NCBI RefSeq assembly: GCF_001194135.2
Contig: NC_069001.1
Span: 32,551,529-32,615,528, forward strand
DNA from: Octopus bimaculoides
Taxonomy: Eukaryota
DNA length: 64,000 nucleotides
Reading direction: 5' to 3'
Shown one piece after another: positions 63,281-64,000 of this stretch (positions are counted from its first letter, which is position 1; each line of letters begins with the position of its first letter). The notes beneath the pieces were generated by a model that did not search any database, had not been told where the DNA came from, and saw nothing but the letters and a program-made list of their open reading frames with translations. A program made the position numbers and the translations under genes.

Positions 63281-63870
63281 ATTCTACTATAAAATACTTC
63301 AGTTTTATATACTTTCACATTGTCCCCAGTAACTGAATTATTTTATAGGAAACCTAGATATTTGGTTATGATGCTGAAAGAAGACATTATTACTTGCAAT
63401 GTGATATAAGGATGCCAAACACCATGTCTTCAGTGATACGACAGAGCTAATAATGAATAAGTTATTCATGAAATGAGCGTCCGTTCTAACACAATGTTTA
63501 CTCTTTCTACTTCTATTCTGACATGCCAACATAGCTGACATACTTCTACAAATTCTTTTTTAAGTGCTCAAGATTTTGTTTGAGCAGGTGTGTTTCCTTA
63601 TCGATGGGTTTTCTCTATTCTGATGACTTGGCTGTGATTTAAGGGTGACAGGAGTATTTCAGCTGGGGGCACACTCTCTATCAGTGTCTCATGTATTTTG
63701 TATCTGAGCTGCAGTTTGATGTCACAAATAGGTTTTGAATACTTGATCTTAGTCTCAACAACACAACATTGTGTAACATTGTGAATGTATGCGTGTGTAT
63801 GTGTTTATAAGGAAGAAGATACAGAAGCAGTTTAATATAACTGTAAGATCATTCTGTGCATGTTTTTGTA

Positions 63871-63912
<42 letters not shown>

Positions 63913-64000
63913 GTTTGTATATATGTCTATATATATATATATATATAATGTTTGTATCGTTTAACGTCCGCTTCCCATGCTAGCATGGGTTGGACTATAT

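Larger units (their letters stand above)
19199..64000 (+). other. Very long epsin intron (or introns interrupted only by unrecognised tiny exons)
   Basis: GT donor at 19199. I found no UIM, DPW or NPF coding exon by eye downstream; content is repeats. Gaps at 26244-26478, 34581-35364 and 55060-55780 could hide exons. Confidence 0.65.

Overview
Eukaryotic, AT-rich, microsatellite- and SINE-dense genomic scaffold with N-gaps. The repeat repertoire points to an octopus (coleoid cephalopod); this is an inference. The only host protein-coding sequence I can support is one exon of a canonical epsin gene on the + strand (acceptor 18625/18626, ATG 18710, donor 19198/19199), which encodes the whole ENTH domain. 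The rest is upstream or 5'-UTR intron (putative promoter about 2.4-3.6 kb) plus an apparent intron of more than 44 kb with no recognisable UIM/DPW/NPF exon. The introns hold four tRNA- or RTE-tailed SINE-like families, two TTAA-flanked piggyBac-like MITE families, a hAT MITE, a DINE-1/Helentron-like element, relics of RTE, R4/Dong and Penelope-like retroelements, and a 19-bp minisatellite. Most notable: three hammerhead-ribozyme-like motifs tied to Penelope-like relics (one about 370 nt downstream of the ENTH exon), a loop-less fold-back hairpin of about 380 nt, a strong-context uORF before the epsin start, and candidate microexons or recursive splice sites. I cannot demonstrate a wholly new biological system; the leads are hypotheses with stated tests. 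Repeat coordinates are hand-read and approximate. All other ORFs in the track are microsatellite, N-gap or repeat artefacts.
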